Source of the DNA: Methylosinus sporium | GTDB lineage: Bacteria > Pseudomonadota > Alphaproteobacteria > Rhizobiales > Beijerinckiaceae | NCBI RefSeq assembly: GCF_044758975.1 | Contig: NZ_CP172862.1 | Strand: one strand, 5' to 3' | DNA: 64,000 nucleotides | In this document: piece after piece, positions 1 to 8,974 of the stretch | Position numbering within the stretch: position 1 is the first letter of the stretch | Layout of the letters: each line of letters starts with the position of its first letter | Notes under the pieces: model-generated | The model's database searches: none | Seen by the model: only the letters and a program-made list of their open reading frames with translations | Told to the model about the DNA's origin: nothing | Translations under genes and position numbers: made by a program

Positions 1-88
1 CCGGCTTGGTTCCGGTCGGCTTCAGATAGAAAAGCTCGGCGATCGTCGCCGCGCTGTCGGCCGGAGCGCCGGAACGGCTCGTCTCCAT
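1..88 (-). CDS. Partial ORF: first ~29 codons (METSRSGAPADSAATIAELFYLKPTGTKP...) of a minus-strand gene that runs off the window start; hypothetical
   Basis: ATG at the plus-strand 'cat' near 86-88. Third codon positions are G/C-rich, consistent with coding. No domain is recognisable in 29 residues. Confidence 0.25.
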   Translation of the reverse strand, partial: METSRSGAPADSAATIAELFYLKPTGTKP

Positions 89-161
89 GCTCGTCGCCTT
101 CGGTGGGAAAAAAGCGCCTCGCGCGCCTCGCTGGATAAATCTACCAGTCTGGTCGAAATAT

Positions 162-1280
162 TCAACGGGGCGAGAGATCGGCGTCGACGGTGACGATGTT
201 GCGGCCGCGCGATTTGGAGACATAGAGCTTGGCGTCGGCGCGCTGGATCAGATTCTCGGCGTTCTCATTGGGCGCCAGCTGGGCGACGCCGAAGGAGGCG
301 GTGATGCGGCCGATCGGCGCGCCGCCCTTGATCGCCCATTTCTTGGTCTCGAATTCGGCGCGAATGCGCTCGGCCGCCATTTTCGCCTCGGCATAGGAGA
401 CGGCGGGCATGATGATCGCGAATTCCTCGCCGCCATAGCGCGCGACCGTGTCCTTCTCCTCGACATGCTTGGCCATCGTCCTGGCGAAATTCTTCAGCAC
501 CTCGTCGCCGATGAGATGGCCATGGCCGTCGTTGATCTTCTTGAAATTATCGATGTCGGCCATGATGAGGCTCAAGGCGCTCGCCGTCGAAGCCGCGAGC
601 TTCGCCTCGCGCGCCAGCGTTTCGTCGAAATGGCGGCGCGTGAACACTTGCGTCAGCGAGTCGCGGACATTGAGCTCCTGCGTCTCGGCCAGCTCGGCGC
701 GCAATTGCGTGATCTGCCGCTGCGAGTCCTCCAGCTGGCGCTGATGCTCCTCGGTCTCGCGCAGCATCTTCTGATTTTCGGCGATCAGCAGCACGATGGC
801 GGCGCGGATCTGATCCGGGCTCGTCGTCGCCGTGATCTCCTTGTGGCCTTTCGCGAGGGCGGCGGAATAGGTCTTGTTGCTGTCGAGATGCGAGCGCACC
901 AGAGTGAGAATCGTTCCGAGCTCGCCGTCGATCAGCCGCCGCGTCTTGGCGAAATCCTCCGGCGCTCCCGCCGCTGCGGCGCCGTCGCGTCCCGAGCGCG
1001 TGACGATCTCCACGACGCGCGGCGTTCCCATCACGACGCCGATGAAGGAGACTGAGATCAGCGCCAGATTGCGCGCCAAGGCGAGCGGCTCATGGGCGAT
1101 GCGCAAGCGCTCGCCGGAGGCGCCCACGATTGTCGTCTCCCAATTGTCGAGCGACCATGACCAGAACGAGGAAGGGTCCGGCGCCGAGAAAAAGCCGGCC
1201 CGGCACAGAGCGAACACGCCTGCCGCGGCGACGAGCGCGCAGCCCGCGACCAAAGCCCAGCTTCTCGAATCGAGTTTCAT
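162..1280 (-). CDS. Membrane-anchored GGDEF-domain diguanylate cyclase
   Basis: GGEEF active-site motif (RYGGEEFAIIMP) in the C-terminal half. N-terminal hydrophobic segment MKLDSRSWALVAGCALVAAAGVFAL. The ORF is open upstream to 1574; I chose M99 (1280, preceded by a GGGAGA Shine-Dalgarno) over M83 (1328). Confidence 0.8.
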   Translation of the reverse strand: MKLDSRSWALVAGCALVAAAGVFALCRAGFFSAPDPSSFWSWSLDNWETTIVGASGERLRIAHEPLALARNLALISVSFIGVVMGTPRVVEIVTRSGRDGAAAAGAPEDFAKTRRLIDGELGTILTLVRSHLDSNKTYSAALAKGHKEITATTSPDQIRAAIVLLIAENQKMLRETEEHQRQLEDSQRQITQLRAELAETQELNVRDSLTQVFTRRHFDETLAREAKLAASTASALSLIMADIDNFKKINDGHGHLIGDEVLKNFARTMAKHVEEKDTVARYGGEEFAIIMPAVSYAEAKMAAERIRAEFETKKWAIKGGAPIGRITASFGVAQLAPNENAENLIQRADAKLYVSKSRGRNIVTVDADLSPR

Positions 1281-1501
1281 CTTGGTCCGTCTCTCCCGTC
1301 TCGGCCGGCGAGAAATTTCTATCCGCATCGTCTCGCCGGCGGGAAAAACATGCTCGCCGACGGGACGCGAATCAGAAAATGCCCGGAAACTATTTTCCTC
1401 TCTCCTCGGCGCGCGTCCATAGCGACGTTCGCGCCGGCGCGCGAAGCCTTTCGAGCGGGAGAGGGCGTTTTTTTGAGGAAACGGCGGCAGGCTGGCCGGG
1501 C

Positions 1502-2164
1502 TCAGACGCCGCGGCCGCTCTCGTCCATCGCGACGCGGCGCGCGTCGGTGAGCGCCTTTATGGCGAGGCCGCAAATGGCGAAACCCGCCAAAATCAGGAT
1601 GGCGGCGTCGAGCCGGGAGACGCCGACGTCATTGGTCTCGTCTATTCCCATGGCGTGGGCGGCGAAGGGCCAGAGCGCCATCAGCAGTCGGAACTCGGTC
1701 GCGCCGAGGCCGATATAGGCCATTTGCTGAACGTGGCGGACGATCGCGCGGATATAAGTATAGGCCGAGAAGAGCAGATAGCAGATCAGCACGACGAAGG
1801 CCGATTCGATCGACAAGAAGGGCGAGAGGCCGAAGGCGACGATCAGCAATATTTGGGAGAAGAGATCGAATGTGTGCTCGACGAGGCCGAGCCGCGGATC
1901 GGCGCTCTTGCGATGCAGCGCCAGCCGCCCGTCCAGCGCCGCGCCGAACCAGTTGAGAAAGACGCCCAGCGGAATCAAAGGCATCCACAACGCCGACCAC
2001 CGGCAGCCGACGAGCGCGACGGCGGCAACGCAGGCGCCGAACAGTCCGATGCGCGTCAGCTGCAGAGGCGTCACCGATTCGGGTAGCTCGATCACGAGCG
2101 CGCGCAACAGCCGTTGCTCGGCCGGAGCCAGGAAGCTCTGATGATGGTGATCGGCGGTCTTCAT
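1502..2164 (-). CDS. CDP-alcohol phosphatidyltransferase family protein (paralog 1)
   Basis: Motif FLNWFGAALDGRLALHRKSADPRLGLVEHTFDLFSQ approximates D-G-x2-A-R...G...D...D of CDP-alcohol phosphotransferases. Multiple hydrophobic helices. Clear paralog of the 6487..7293 product (shared LNWFG-DG-LA block and the YTY(I/L)R..V..V....Y.G(L/M)GATEFR(L/I)L.A.W block). Confidence 0.7.
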   Translation of the reverse strand: MKTADHHHQSFLAPAEQRLLRALVIELPESVTPLQLTRIGLFGACVAAVALVGCRWSALWMPLIPLGVFLNWFGAALDGRLALHRKSADPRLGLVEHTFDLFSQILLIVAFGLSPFLSIESAFVVLICYLLFSAYTYIRAIVRHVQQMAYIGLGATEFRLLMALWPFAAHAMGIDETNDVGVSRLDAAILILAGFAICGLAIKALTDARRVAMDESGRGV

Positions 2165-2334
2165 GAGCGACGCACTCCGCGGTTGCCTCCGCTCGATCGT
2201 TTGCGCTTCGGACGATTTTTGTATTGTCGCATATCGTCGGCGGCGCGCAAGCCCGAGCGAGAGCCGCCGGCCTTAAGCCAAGCGTTAACCTTTCGAAAGG
2301 CATAGTGCTCGCGAAAATGGCGAGGACATGACCG

Positions 2335-3171
2335 ATGGCGAGAGCAGGCTCGGCGCGGGGCCGGAAACATTCGCCCCTATCCTATGACGAAGCGGCGGCG
2401 GCCGCGCGTTGCGCGGCGGCGCGGCGGCGCGTCATTTCCATGTCTTATAGCGCCAATTCGGCTCATCTCGGCTCCTCGCTCGGCGTCGTCGAGATTCTCG
2501 ACGCCGTGCTCGCCGTCTCCGATCTGCGTCCGGCGACCGCCGGCGCGACGGAGCGCGACCGCGTCATTCTCTCCAAGGGCCATGCGGCCATGGCCTATTA
2601 CGCCGCGCTCGAGCAATATGGCCTCGTCGCGCCCGGCCTTCTCGACGCCTATCTGCAGAATGGCACGCCGCTCTGGGGGCATGTCGGCCTCACCGAGGCG
2701 GTCCCCGCCATCGACGCCACCAGCGGCTCGCTCGGCCATGGCCTGTCGCTGGCGGCGGGCTTTTCGCTCGGGCATCGGCTGCGCGGAAGCGCCCATCGCG
2801 TCTTCTGCATTCTCTCCGACGGCGAATGCGACGAGGGCTCCACCTGGGAGGCGGCGCTCTTCGCCGGCGCGCGCAAGCTCGCCTCGCTGACCGCCATCGT
2901 CGATTACAATCACATTCAATCGCTTGCGCCCACGCGCGAGGTGATGGACCTCGAGCCCTTCGGCGCCAAATGGCGCAGTTTCGGATTCGAGACGATCGAG
3001 CTCGACGGCCATGATTGGGCGGCGCTGGTCGCGGCGCTGGAGCAGCCTTCGCGCGGACGCCCGCGCGTCATCCTCGCCCATACGGTGAAGGGCAAGGGCG
3101 TCGCCCGCATAGAGAACACGGTCGCCTCGCATTACAAGCCGGCGCTCGCCGCCGATCTGGAGCTCGCCTGA
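2335..3171 (+). CDS. Transketolase, N-terminal (thiamine-diphosphate-binding) subunit of a split transketolase
   Basis: ILSKGHAAMAYYAALEQYGL, GSLGHGLSLAAGF and CILSDGECDEGSTWEAALFAGARKLASLTAIVDYNHIQS are transketolase N-terminal signatures. An alternative ATG lies at 2440 (MSYSANSAHLG...). Confidence 0.85.
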   Translation: MARAGSARGRKHSPLSYDEAAAAARCAAARRRVISMSYSANSAHLGSSLGVVEILDAVLAVSDLRPATAGATERDRVILSKGHAAMAYYAALEQYGLVAPGLLDAYLQNGTPLWGHVGLTEAVPAIDATSGSLGHGLSLAAGFSLGHRLRGSAHRVFCILSDGECDEGSTWEAALFAGARKLASLTAIVDYNHIQSLAPTREVMDLEPFGAKWRSFGFETIELDGHDWAALVAALEQPSRGRPRVILAHTVKGKGVARIENTVASHYKPALAADLELA

Positions 3172-4112
3172 TGCGCAAGCGGATCATCGAGCTCATAGAG
3201 GCGGACGCCAGCGTCGATCCCAGAATCGTCTTTCTCACCGGCGATCTCGGCTTTTCTTTCGTCGAGCCGCTCGAGCAGGCGCTCGGCGAGCGTTTCGTCA
3301 ATATGGGCGTCGCCGAGGCCAATATGGTCTCGGTCGCCGCCTCGCTGGCCGCCGGCGGCTTTCGGCCCTTCGCCTATTCCATCGCGCCCTTCATGACGGC
3401 GCGCTGCCTCGAGCAGATTCGCAACGACATCTGCTATCAGCGCCGCGCCGTGCGGCTGATCGGCGTCGGCGCCGGCTTCTCCTACGGCACGCTCGGTCCG
3501 TCGCATCATGCGCTCGAGGACGCCACGATCATGGCGGCGCTGCCCGATCTCGTCGTCGCCAATCCGGGCAACGCCGCCGAGCTCGATCGCTGTTACGCGG
3601 CGCTGCTCGACGATCCGCGCCCCGCCTATTTCCGCATCGCTCGCGAGAGCGGCGCCTCTTATGGCGCGCCGATCTTCTCGCCGCAGACGGCGGCTTTCGC
3701 GGCGCGCCGCGGCGCCGATGTCACCCTGGCTGCGAGCGGCGGCTCGGTGACGCAATGTCTCGCGGCGGCGGAGATTTTGGCGGCGCAGGGGATCGAGGCC
3801 GCCGTCGTCAGCGTTCCGATCGTCCAGCCTTTTCCGGCGGAGGCTTTCGCCGCTCTGCTCACCGGCGCGCCGGTCGTCGCCGTCTTCGAGGGCTATCGCG
3901 GCAATCCGCTGTCGGTCGGCGTCATGGAGACGCTTCTCGCGCGCGGGATGGGCGAGGCCTTCGTCGATCTCACCGCGCCGCAGGCTTTCCCCAGCCTCGT
4001 CGGCGACACGGAGACGCTGCGCCGCCGCGCCGGGCTCGACCCCGCCGCCATCGCCGCTCGGGCGCGCGCGGTCGCCGGACGGGACGAGCGGCTTCTCAGC
4101 GGCCGGGCCTGA
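3171..4112 (+). CDS. Transketolase, C-terminal (pyrimidine-binding) subunit
   Basis: MRKRIIELIEADASVDPRIVFLTGDLGFSF...FVNMGVAEANMVSVAASLAAGGFRPFAYSIAPF is typical of the C-terminal section. Its ATG overlaps the upstream TGA (TGATG at 3169-3173), indicating translational coupling with the N-terminal subunit. Confidence 0.85.
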   Translation: MRKRIIELIEADASVDPRIVFLTGDLGFSFVEPLEQALGERFVNMGVAEANMVSVAASLAAGGFRPFAYSIAPFMTARCLEQIRNDICYQRRAVRLIGVGAGFSYGTLGPSHHALEDATIMAALPDLVVANPGNAAELDRCYAALLDDPRPAYFRIARESGASYGAPIFSPQTAAFAARRGADVTLAASGGSVTQCLAAAEILAAQGIEAAVVSVPIVQPFPAEAFAALLTGAPVVAVFEGYRGNPLSVGVMETLLARGMGEAFVDLTAPQAFPSLVGDTETLRRRAGLDPAAIAARARAVAGRDERLLSGRA

Positions 4113-4115
4113 CGC

Positions 4116-5039
4116 TTGCGCGTCTTTCTCACAGGCGGGACGGGCTTCCTCGGGGCGCAGGCGACCCGGCTCCTCGTCGAATCGGGACATGAATGCGCCG
4201 TTCTCCTGCGCGGAGAGATCGAAGCGACGCGGCTCGCGCCTCTCGTCTCCCGGCTTCATGCGATCCGCGGCGATCTCTTCGCGCCGGAGAGCTATCGCGA
4301 GGCCTTGACGAATTTCGCGCCCGACGCGCTTTTGCACAGCGGCTGGCGCGGCGTCGCCGGGGCGGAGCGCAATGATCTCGGCCAACTCGACAATATCGTC
4401 GCCACGGGACGATTGGCCGTGGCCGCCGCCGACGCCGGCGCCCGCATTCTGATCGGCGTCGGCTCGCAGGCCGAATATGGCCTCCTCTCCGGCCGCGTCG
4501 CCGAAGACGCCGCGGCCGAGCCGACCACACTCTATGGAGTGGCCAAGCTGGCCGCCGGCCGGGCCCTGCTCGCAATAGCGGCGGAGCGCGGGCTGCGCGC
4601 AGCCTGGGGGCGCGTTTTTTCTCTTTATGGTCCCGGCGAGGCGCGGCCCTGGCTCGTGCCGTCGCTCATTCGCGCCTTCGCGGCGGGCCGTTCGCCCGAT
4701 CTCACCGCTTGCGAGCAGATTTGGGAGTTCACCCATGTCTCCGACGCGGCCGCGGCGCTGCTCGCGCTGCTCGATCACGAGGCGAGCGGCGTCTTCAACA
4801 TAGGATCGGGCGAGCCGACGCCATTGCGCGACGCTGTTCTGCTCTTGCGCGATCTGACGGCGCCCGGGGTCGCTCCGAGATTCGGCCGCACGCCCTATCG
4901 CCCGGATCAGATCATGCATCTCGAAGCCGATATCGACCGGATAAGCGCCGCGACCGGCTGGCGACCCGGCGTGTCCCTGGCGTGCGGCTTCGCCGAAACG
5001 GTCGAATGGTTTCGCGCCGGCGGCGGTGAAAATTGTTAA
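4116..5039 (+). CDS. NAD-dependent epimerase/dehydratase (extended SDR)
   Basis: N-terminal Rossmann motif MRVFLTGGTGFLGAQATRLL and catalytic YGVAK (YxxxK). Starts 4 nt after the transketolase C-subunit stop, so likely the same operon. Confidence 0.8.
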   Translation: MRVFLTGGTGFLGAQATRLLVESGHECAVLLRGEIEATRLAPLVSRLHAIRGDLFAPESYREALTNFAPDALLHSGWRGVAGAERNDLGQLDNIVATGRLAVAAADAGARILIGVGSQAEYGLLSGRVAEDAAAEPTTLYGVAKLAAGRALLAIAAERGLRAAWGRVFSLYGPGEARPWLVPSLIRAFAAGRSPDLTACEQIWEFTHVSDAAAALLALLDHEASGVFNIGSGEPTPLRDAVLLLRDLTAPGVAPRFGRTPYRPDQIMHLEADIDRISAATGWRPGVSLACGFAETVEWFRAGGGENC

Positions 5040-5091
5040 CCTTACCCTGTAGCGAACGGGTCACAGCCGGGCGATAAAGGGTTGGCGTGGC

Positions 5092-6354
5092 GTGGAAGGC
5101 CTTGTCTTCGCCAAAGAGACAGGGTCATTTGGGCGCGCGGCGAAGCTCCGGGAGCGGCTCGGAGCATTGGTCGGGGGCGGCGTGGTTTTGAAGACGCTTC
5201 GTATTTTCGGGGTTTTTGCGGCTGCTTCGCTCTCGGGCTGCAGCTTGCTTCCGGGCAGCGGCCCTTCGGGCGATGCGGTGATGACCGCCGGCGTGCCGAG
5301 CGAATCGCAGCCGGAGACGGCCTTCGCCCTCGTCGAGATCGACGGCCAGGTGGTGGCGGCGTTGGCCAAGCATGGCGCGCCAGGCCTGCGCGGCTCCTTC
5401 GGCGATTATCGTCCGCCGGCCTCGCAGCCGATCGGGGTCGGCGACACGCTGCAGATCACTCTATGGGAGGCGGCCGCGGGCGGCCTGTTCTCCTCGCCGG
5501 CGACGGATCGAACCAGTCCGGGCTCGCGCTCGGCGGCGATTCCCGATCAGACGGTCGGGCGCGACGGCTCGGTGACGGTTCCCTACGCCGGGCGCATACA
5601 GGTCGCCGGCCGCACCCAGCAGGAGGTGGAGGCGGTCATCATCGAGCGGCTGCGCGGCAAGGCGATCGAGCCGCAGGCGCTGGTCAATGTGTCGCGCAAC
5701 ATCAGCAATACGGCGACGGTGACGGGCGAGGTGACGCAGGGCGCGCGCGTGCCGCTGACCTTGCGCGGCGATCGCGTGATGGACGTCATCGCCCAGGCGG
5801 GCGGCTTTCGTTCGCCGGTGCACGAGACCTTCGTCAGCCTGACGCGCGGCGACCGCACCGCGCGCGCGCCGATCCAGGCGCTGCTCGCCAATCCGCGCGA
5901 GAATATATTCGTGCGTCCGGGCGATGTGCTGACGGTGGAGCGGACGCCGCAGACTTTTACCGTCGCCGGCGCGACGGGGGCCAACGCCGTGGTGCCCTTC
6001 GACGCGCGGGGAATCACGCTGGAGGAGGCGATCGGCAAGGCCGGCGGCCTCGCGGACCAGCGCGCCGATCCGAGCGGGCTGTTCGTGCTGCGCTACGAGC
6101 AGACGGCGGTGATCGCGGATTATCCGACCGTGTCGCCGCTGCTGGCCTCGCAGCGTCAGGTTCCGGTGGCCTATCATCTCGACATGCGCAGTCCGGCGGC
6201 GCTGTTCACGGCGCGTCGGTTCGCGATGCGGGACAAGGACATATTATATGTGTCCAACGCGCCTGTGACGGAGATCGCCAAGGCGTTTCAGCTGGTCTCC
6301 ATGCTGACGCAGCCGGCGATTCAGGGCGCTGCGGTCGGCGCTGCGGTGAAGTGA
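5092..6354 (+). CDS. Polysaccharide export outer-membrane lipoprotein (Wza/GumB-like, Poly_export + SLBB domains)
   Basis: Lipobox AAASLSGC. PIGVGDTLQITLWE poly-export motif and repeated SLBB-like segments. The true start may be a GTG/TTG a few codons downstream of 5092. Confidence 0.75.
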   Translation: MEGLVFAKETGSFGRAAKLRERLGALVGGGVVLKTLRIFGVFAAASLSGCSLLPGSGPSGDAVMTAGVPSESQPETAFALVEIDGQVVAALAKHGAPGLRGSFGDYRPPASQPIGVGDTLQITLWEAAAGGLFSSPATDRTSPGSRSAAIPDQTVGRDGSVTVPYAGRIQVAGRTQQEVEAVIIERLRGKAIEPQALVNVSRNISNTATVTGEVTQGARVPLTLRGDRVMDVIAQAGGFRSPVHETFVSLTRGDRTARAPIQALLANPRENIFVRPGDVLTVERTPQTFTVAGATGANAVVPFDARGITLEEAIGKAGGLADQRADPSGLFVLRYEQTAVIADYPTVSPLLASQRQVPVAYHLDMRSPAALFTARRFAMRDKDILYVSNAPVTEIAKAFQLVSMLTQPAIQGAAVGAAVK

Positions 6355-6486
6355 CCTATCATGCGCGAAACCATTATCGGGACGTCTGAAATTCGTCCCG
6401 AGGCGTGATAGCGATTGACGCGACGGCAAGCCGCGGGCAAGCTGATGATGGATAATATTGCGGTGCAATAGAGCGCGTGGCCGCTG

Positions 6487-7293
6487 GTGAGGACGCCAGA
6501 CAAGGGCTGCGAGGGCGGGCTTGGTTTTCGAGGGGGTTTCTTGGCGAACCGATTGAACACGAGCCTTTTGGCGATCGGCGAGCGGCGCGTGCTGCAGGCG
6601 CTGGCGCCGCGGCTTCCCGCCTGGACCACGCCGGATCATCTGACGGCGGCCGGGCTGGTCGGCGCGGCGGTGACGGCGGCGGGCTTCGCGCTCAGCCATT
6701 GGTCGGCCGGCTTCCTCGCAGTGGTCGTGGCGGGCCTGTTCCTGAACTGGTTCGGCGATTCGCTCGACGGAACGCTGGCCCGCTATCGCGGGATCGAGCG
6801 CCCGCGCTACGGCTTCCTGCTCGATCATTCGAGCGATCTGATCGCGCAGAGCCTGATCGTCGTGGGCCTCGGCGTCTCGCCCTATTTCACGCTTCCCTCG
6901 GCGCTGTTCGTGCTGTCGCTCTATCTGCTGATGAGCTCCTACACCTATCTGCGCGTGGCGACGGCGGGCGTGCATCGCTTGTCCTATGGCGGCATGGGCG
7001 CGACGGAGTTCCGCATTCTGGTCGCGGCCTGGAGCCTGTTCGCCTGCTGGCTCGGCCCGCAGGTGGTGGAGGCGCGGCTGTGGCGCTTCGCCATTCTCGA
7101 CGTGACGATCGGAACGATGTCGGCCATCGCCTTTGCGCTCTTCGTGCTGATGGTGCGTCAGGATCTGTCGCGGATGGATCGCGACGACGACCAGGAATCG
7201 GCGACCATTCACCGCCTGCCGACGCGCCGCCACGCGGCCGAGCCGGCTGCGGCCGAGCCTGCGCGCGAGCTTCCCGGCGTCTCGGCCGGCTGA
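6487..7293 (+). CDS. CDP-alcohol phosphatidyltransferase family protein (paralog 2)
   Basis: FLNWFGDSLDGTLARYRGIERPRYGFLLDHSSDLIAQ matches the CDP-alcohol phosphotransferase motif. Multi-pass membrane protein. Paralog of 1502..2164. Confidence 0.7.
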   Translation: MRTPDKGCEGGLGFRGGFLANRLNTSLLAIGERRVLQALAPRLPAWTTPDHLTAAGLVGAAVTAAGFALSHWSAGFLAVVVAGLFLNWFGDSLDGTLARYRGIERPRYGFLLDHSSDLIAQSLIVVGLGVSPYFTLPSALFVLSLYLLMSSYTYLRVATAGVHRLSYGGMGATEFRILVAAWSLFACWLGPQVVEARLWRFAILDVTIGTMSAIAFALFVLMVRQDLSRMDRDDDQESATIHRLPTRRHAAEPAAAEPARELPGVSAG

Positions 7294-7445
7294 CGACGAC
7301 GAAACAGGACGGCAGGCCCGGTTTTGACGGCGCATCAGATTTTCCAGAGTGACGAACTCTGGCGGGGCGACGCCCTGCGGCGCGAGCGTGAGCTCGCGGC
7401 GGGACTTGCTTTCGCGGGTCTTGCTTTCATGAGCGCGCGCCCCAG

Positions 7446-8558
7446 ATGCGACGTGGGAGCGACGCCTCCGGCGCCGCCACAATGGAGCCTGTCGACGTTT
7501 TGGCCATGACGAGCGACATGCGCGATATCGCCCTCGTCACCGGCGCGAGCGGTTTCATCGGAGGAGCGGTCGCCGGCCTGCTGCACGAGCAGGGCTGTCG
7601 CGTGCGCGCTTTCGTCCGGCCGACCAGCCCGCGCGCCAATCTCCGCCCGCAATACGAGACTTTCGAAGGCGATGTGACCGATCGCGAGAGCCTGCGCGCC
7701 GCGCTCTCCGGCGTGCGCTACCTCTTCCATGTCGCCGCCGACTATCGCCTGTGGGCGCCCGATCCCGCCGTCGTCATGCGCACCAATCTCGAGGGAACGC
7801 GCATCGTCATGGAGGAGGCGCTGCGCGCCGGCGTCGAGCGAATCGTCCACACCAGCAGCGTCGCGACGCTCGCGCCCGACGCCTCCGGCCTTTGCGACGA
7901 GACGCGCCGGCTCGCGGCCTGCGACAGGCTCGGCGCCTATAAGCGCAGCAAGCTCCTCTCGGAGCGGCTGGTCGAGGATATGGTGGAGCGGCTGCAGCTG
8001 CCGGCCATCATCGTGAATCCCTCCGCGCCGCTCGGCCCCGGCGACGTCCGTCCGACGCCGACCGGCCGCATCGTCCTCGAGGCGATGCGCGGCAATATGC
8101 CGGCCTATGTCGACACCGGCCTCGCCGTGGTGCATGTGGCGGATGTCGCCGCCGGCCATCTCGCCGCTCTGCGCCAGGGACGAATTGGCGAGCGCTATAT
8201 TCTCGGCGGCGAGAATGTCGAGCTCTCCGAGCTGCTCGCCGAGGTGGCGAGCCTCGTCGGCGGCCGTCCGCCGCTCATGCGCCTGCCGCGCTGGCCGCTG
8301 CTGCCGCTGGCGCACGCCAATGAGGCGTTGGCGCGGCTCACCGGCCGTGAGCCTTTCCTCAATGTCGAGAGTCTGCGTCTCTCGGCGACGACCATGTTCT
8401 TCGACGATTCCAAGGCGCGCCGCGAGCTCGGCTACTGCTCGCGCCCCTATCGGCAGGCACTCGCCGACGCCGTGGAATGGTTCGGCGCCCGCGCCGCCGA
8501 GACGCGGCAGGCGCCGCGCGACGCACGCCGCGCGCCGGACGGAGCGCCGGGCGAATAG
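7446..8558 (+). CDS. NAD-dependent epimerase/dehydratase, HpnA-like sugar epimerase subfamily
   Basis: IALVTGASGFIGGAVAGLLHEQGCRVRAFVRPTSPRANL resembles the N-terminus of hopanoid-associated sugar epimerase HpnA-type SDRs. YxxxK present (YKRSK). The real start is probably an internal ATG (7482-7518). Confidence 0.7.
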   Translation: MRRGSDASGAATMEPVDVLAMTSDMRDIALVTGASGFIGGAVAGLLHEQGCRVRAFVRPTSPRANLRPQYETFEGDVTDRESLRAALSGVRYLFHVAADYRLWAPDPAVVMRTNLEGTRIVMEEALRAGVERIVHTSSVATLAPDASGLCDETRRLAACDRLGAYKRSKLLSERLVEDMVERLQLPAIIVNPSAPLGPGDVRPTPTGRIVLEAMRGNMPAYVDTGLAVVHVADVAAGHLAALRQGRIGERYILGGENVELSELLAEVASLVGGRPPLMRLPRWPLLPLAHANEALARLTGREPFLNVESLRLSATTMFFDDSKARRELGYCSRPYRQALADAVEWFGARAAETRQAPRDARRAPDGAPGE

Positions 8559-8635
8559 CGTCGGCGCCCTTGCGCGCGGCCGCGCGACGAGGCAATTCTC
8601 CGCGCGTGGCTGGGTTTTCTCATGACGAGCGTCGG

Positions 8636-8974
8636 ATGATCATCGATCGGCGTCCGCCCGCGCGCGGCGCGGGACGGCGCTTGCTCTTTCTCATGCGTCT
8701 CGCCGCATCGGCGGCGGCGCTCTCAATTCCCGAGACGGCTTTCGCGCAGGCGGCTCCCGGCTTCAATCTCTGCGTGCAGCCAGGCGCGCCCCCTTGCGTC
8801 TTCATGCCCGGCCGGGCGGCGGAGGCCTGCGGGGCCGAGGTCGAGGCCTATATCGCCTCCGTATTCCATTATCGCGAATGTCTCTCCAAGGAGAGCGAGC
8901 GCGTGATTCGCGAATCGAACGACGTCATCGACCATTGGCGATGCCGGGAGCGCGGCGAGCGGTGCCGCAAATGA
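8636..8974 (+). CDS. Small secreted Cys-rich protein (~112 aa), hypothetical
   Basis: Signal peptide MIIDRRPPARGAGRRLLFLMRLAASAAALSIPETAFAQ. Six Cys in the mature part. High GC3. Its stop overlaps the ATG of the downstream glycosyltransferase (ATGA at 8971-8974). Confidence 0.5.
   Translation: MIIDRRPPARGAGRRLLFLMRLAASAAALSIPETAFAQAAPGFNLCVQPGAPPCVFMPGRAAEACGAEVEAYIASVFHYRECLSKESERVIRESNDVIDHWRCRERGERCRK

Noticed and set aside
87-1055. 322-aa plus-strand ORF
   Set aside because: It is antisense to the GGDEF gene, which carries a bona fide GGEEF motif. No motif is present in the plus-strand translation.
5082-6389. 435-aa ORF in an alternative plus frame over the Wza-like gene
   Set aside because: The overlapping frame 5092..6354 has a lipobox and poly-export/SLBB motifs. 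This frame is Gly/Arg-rich and featureless.
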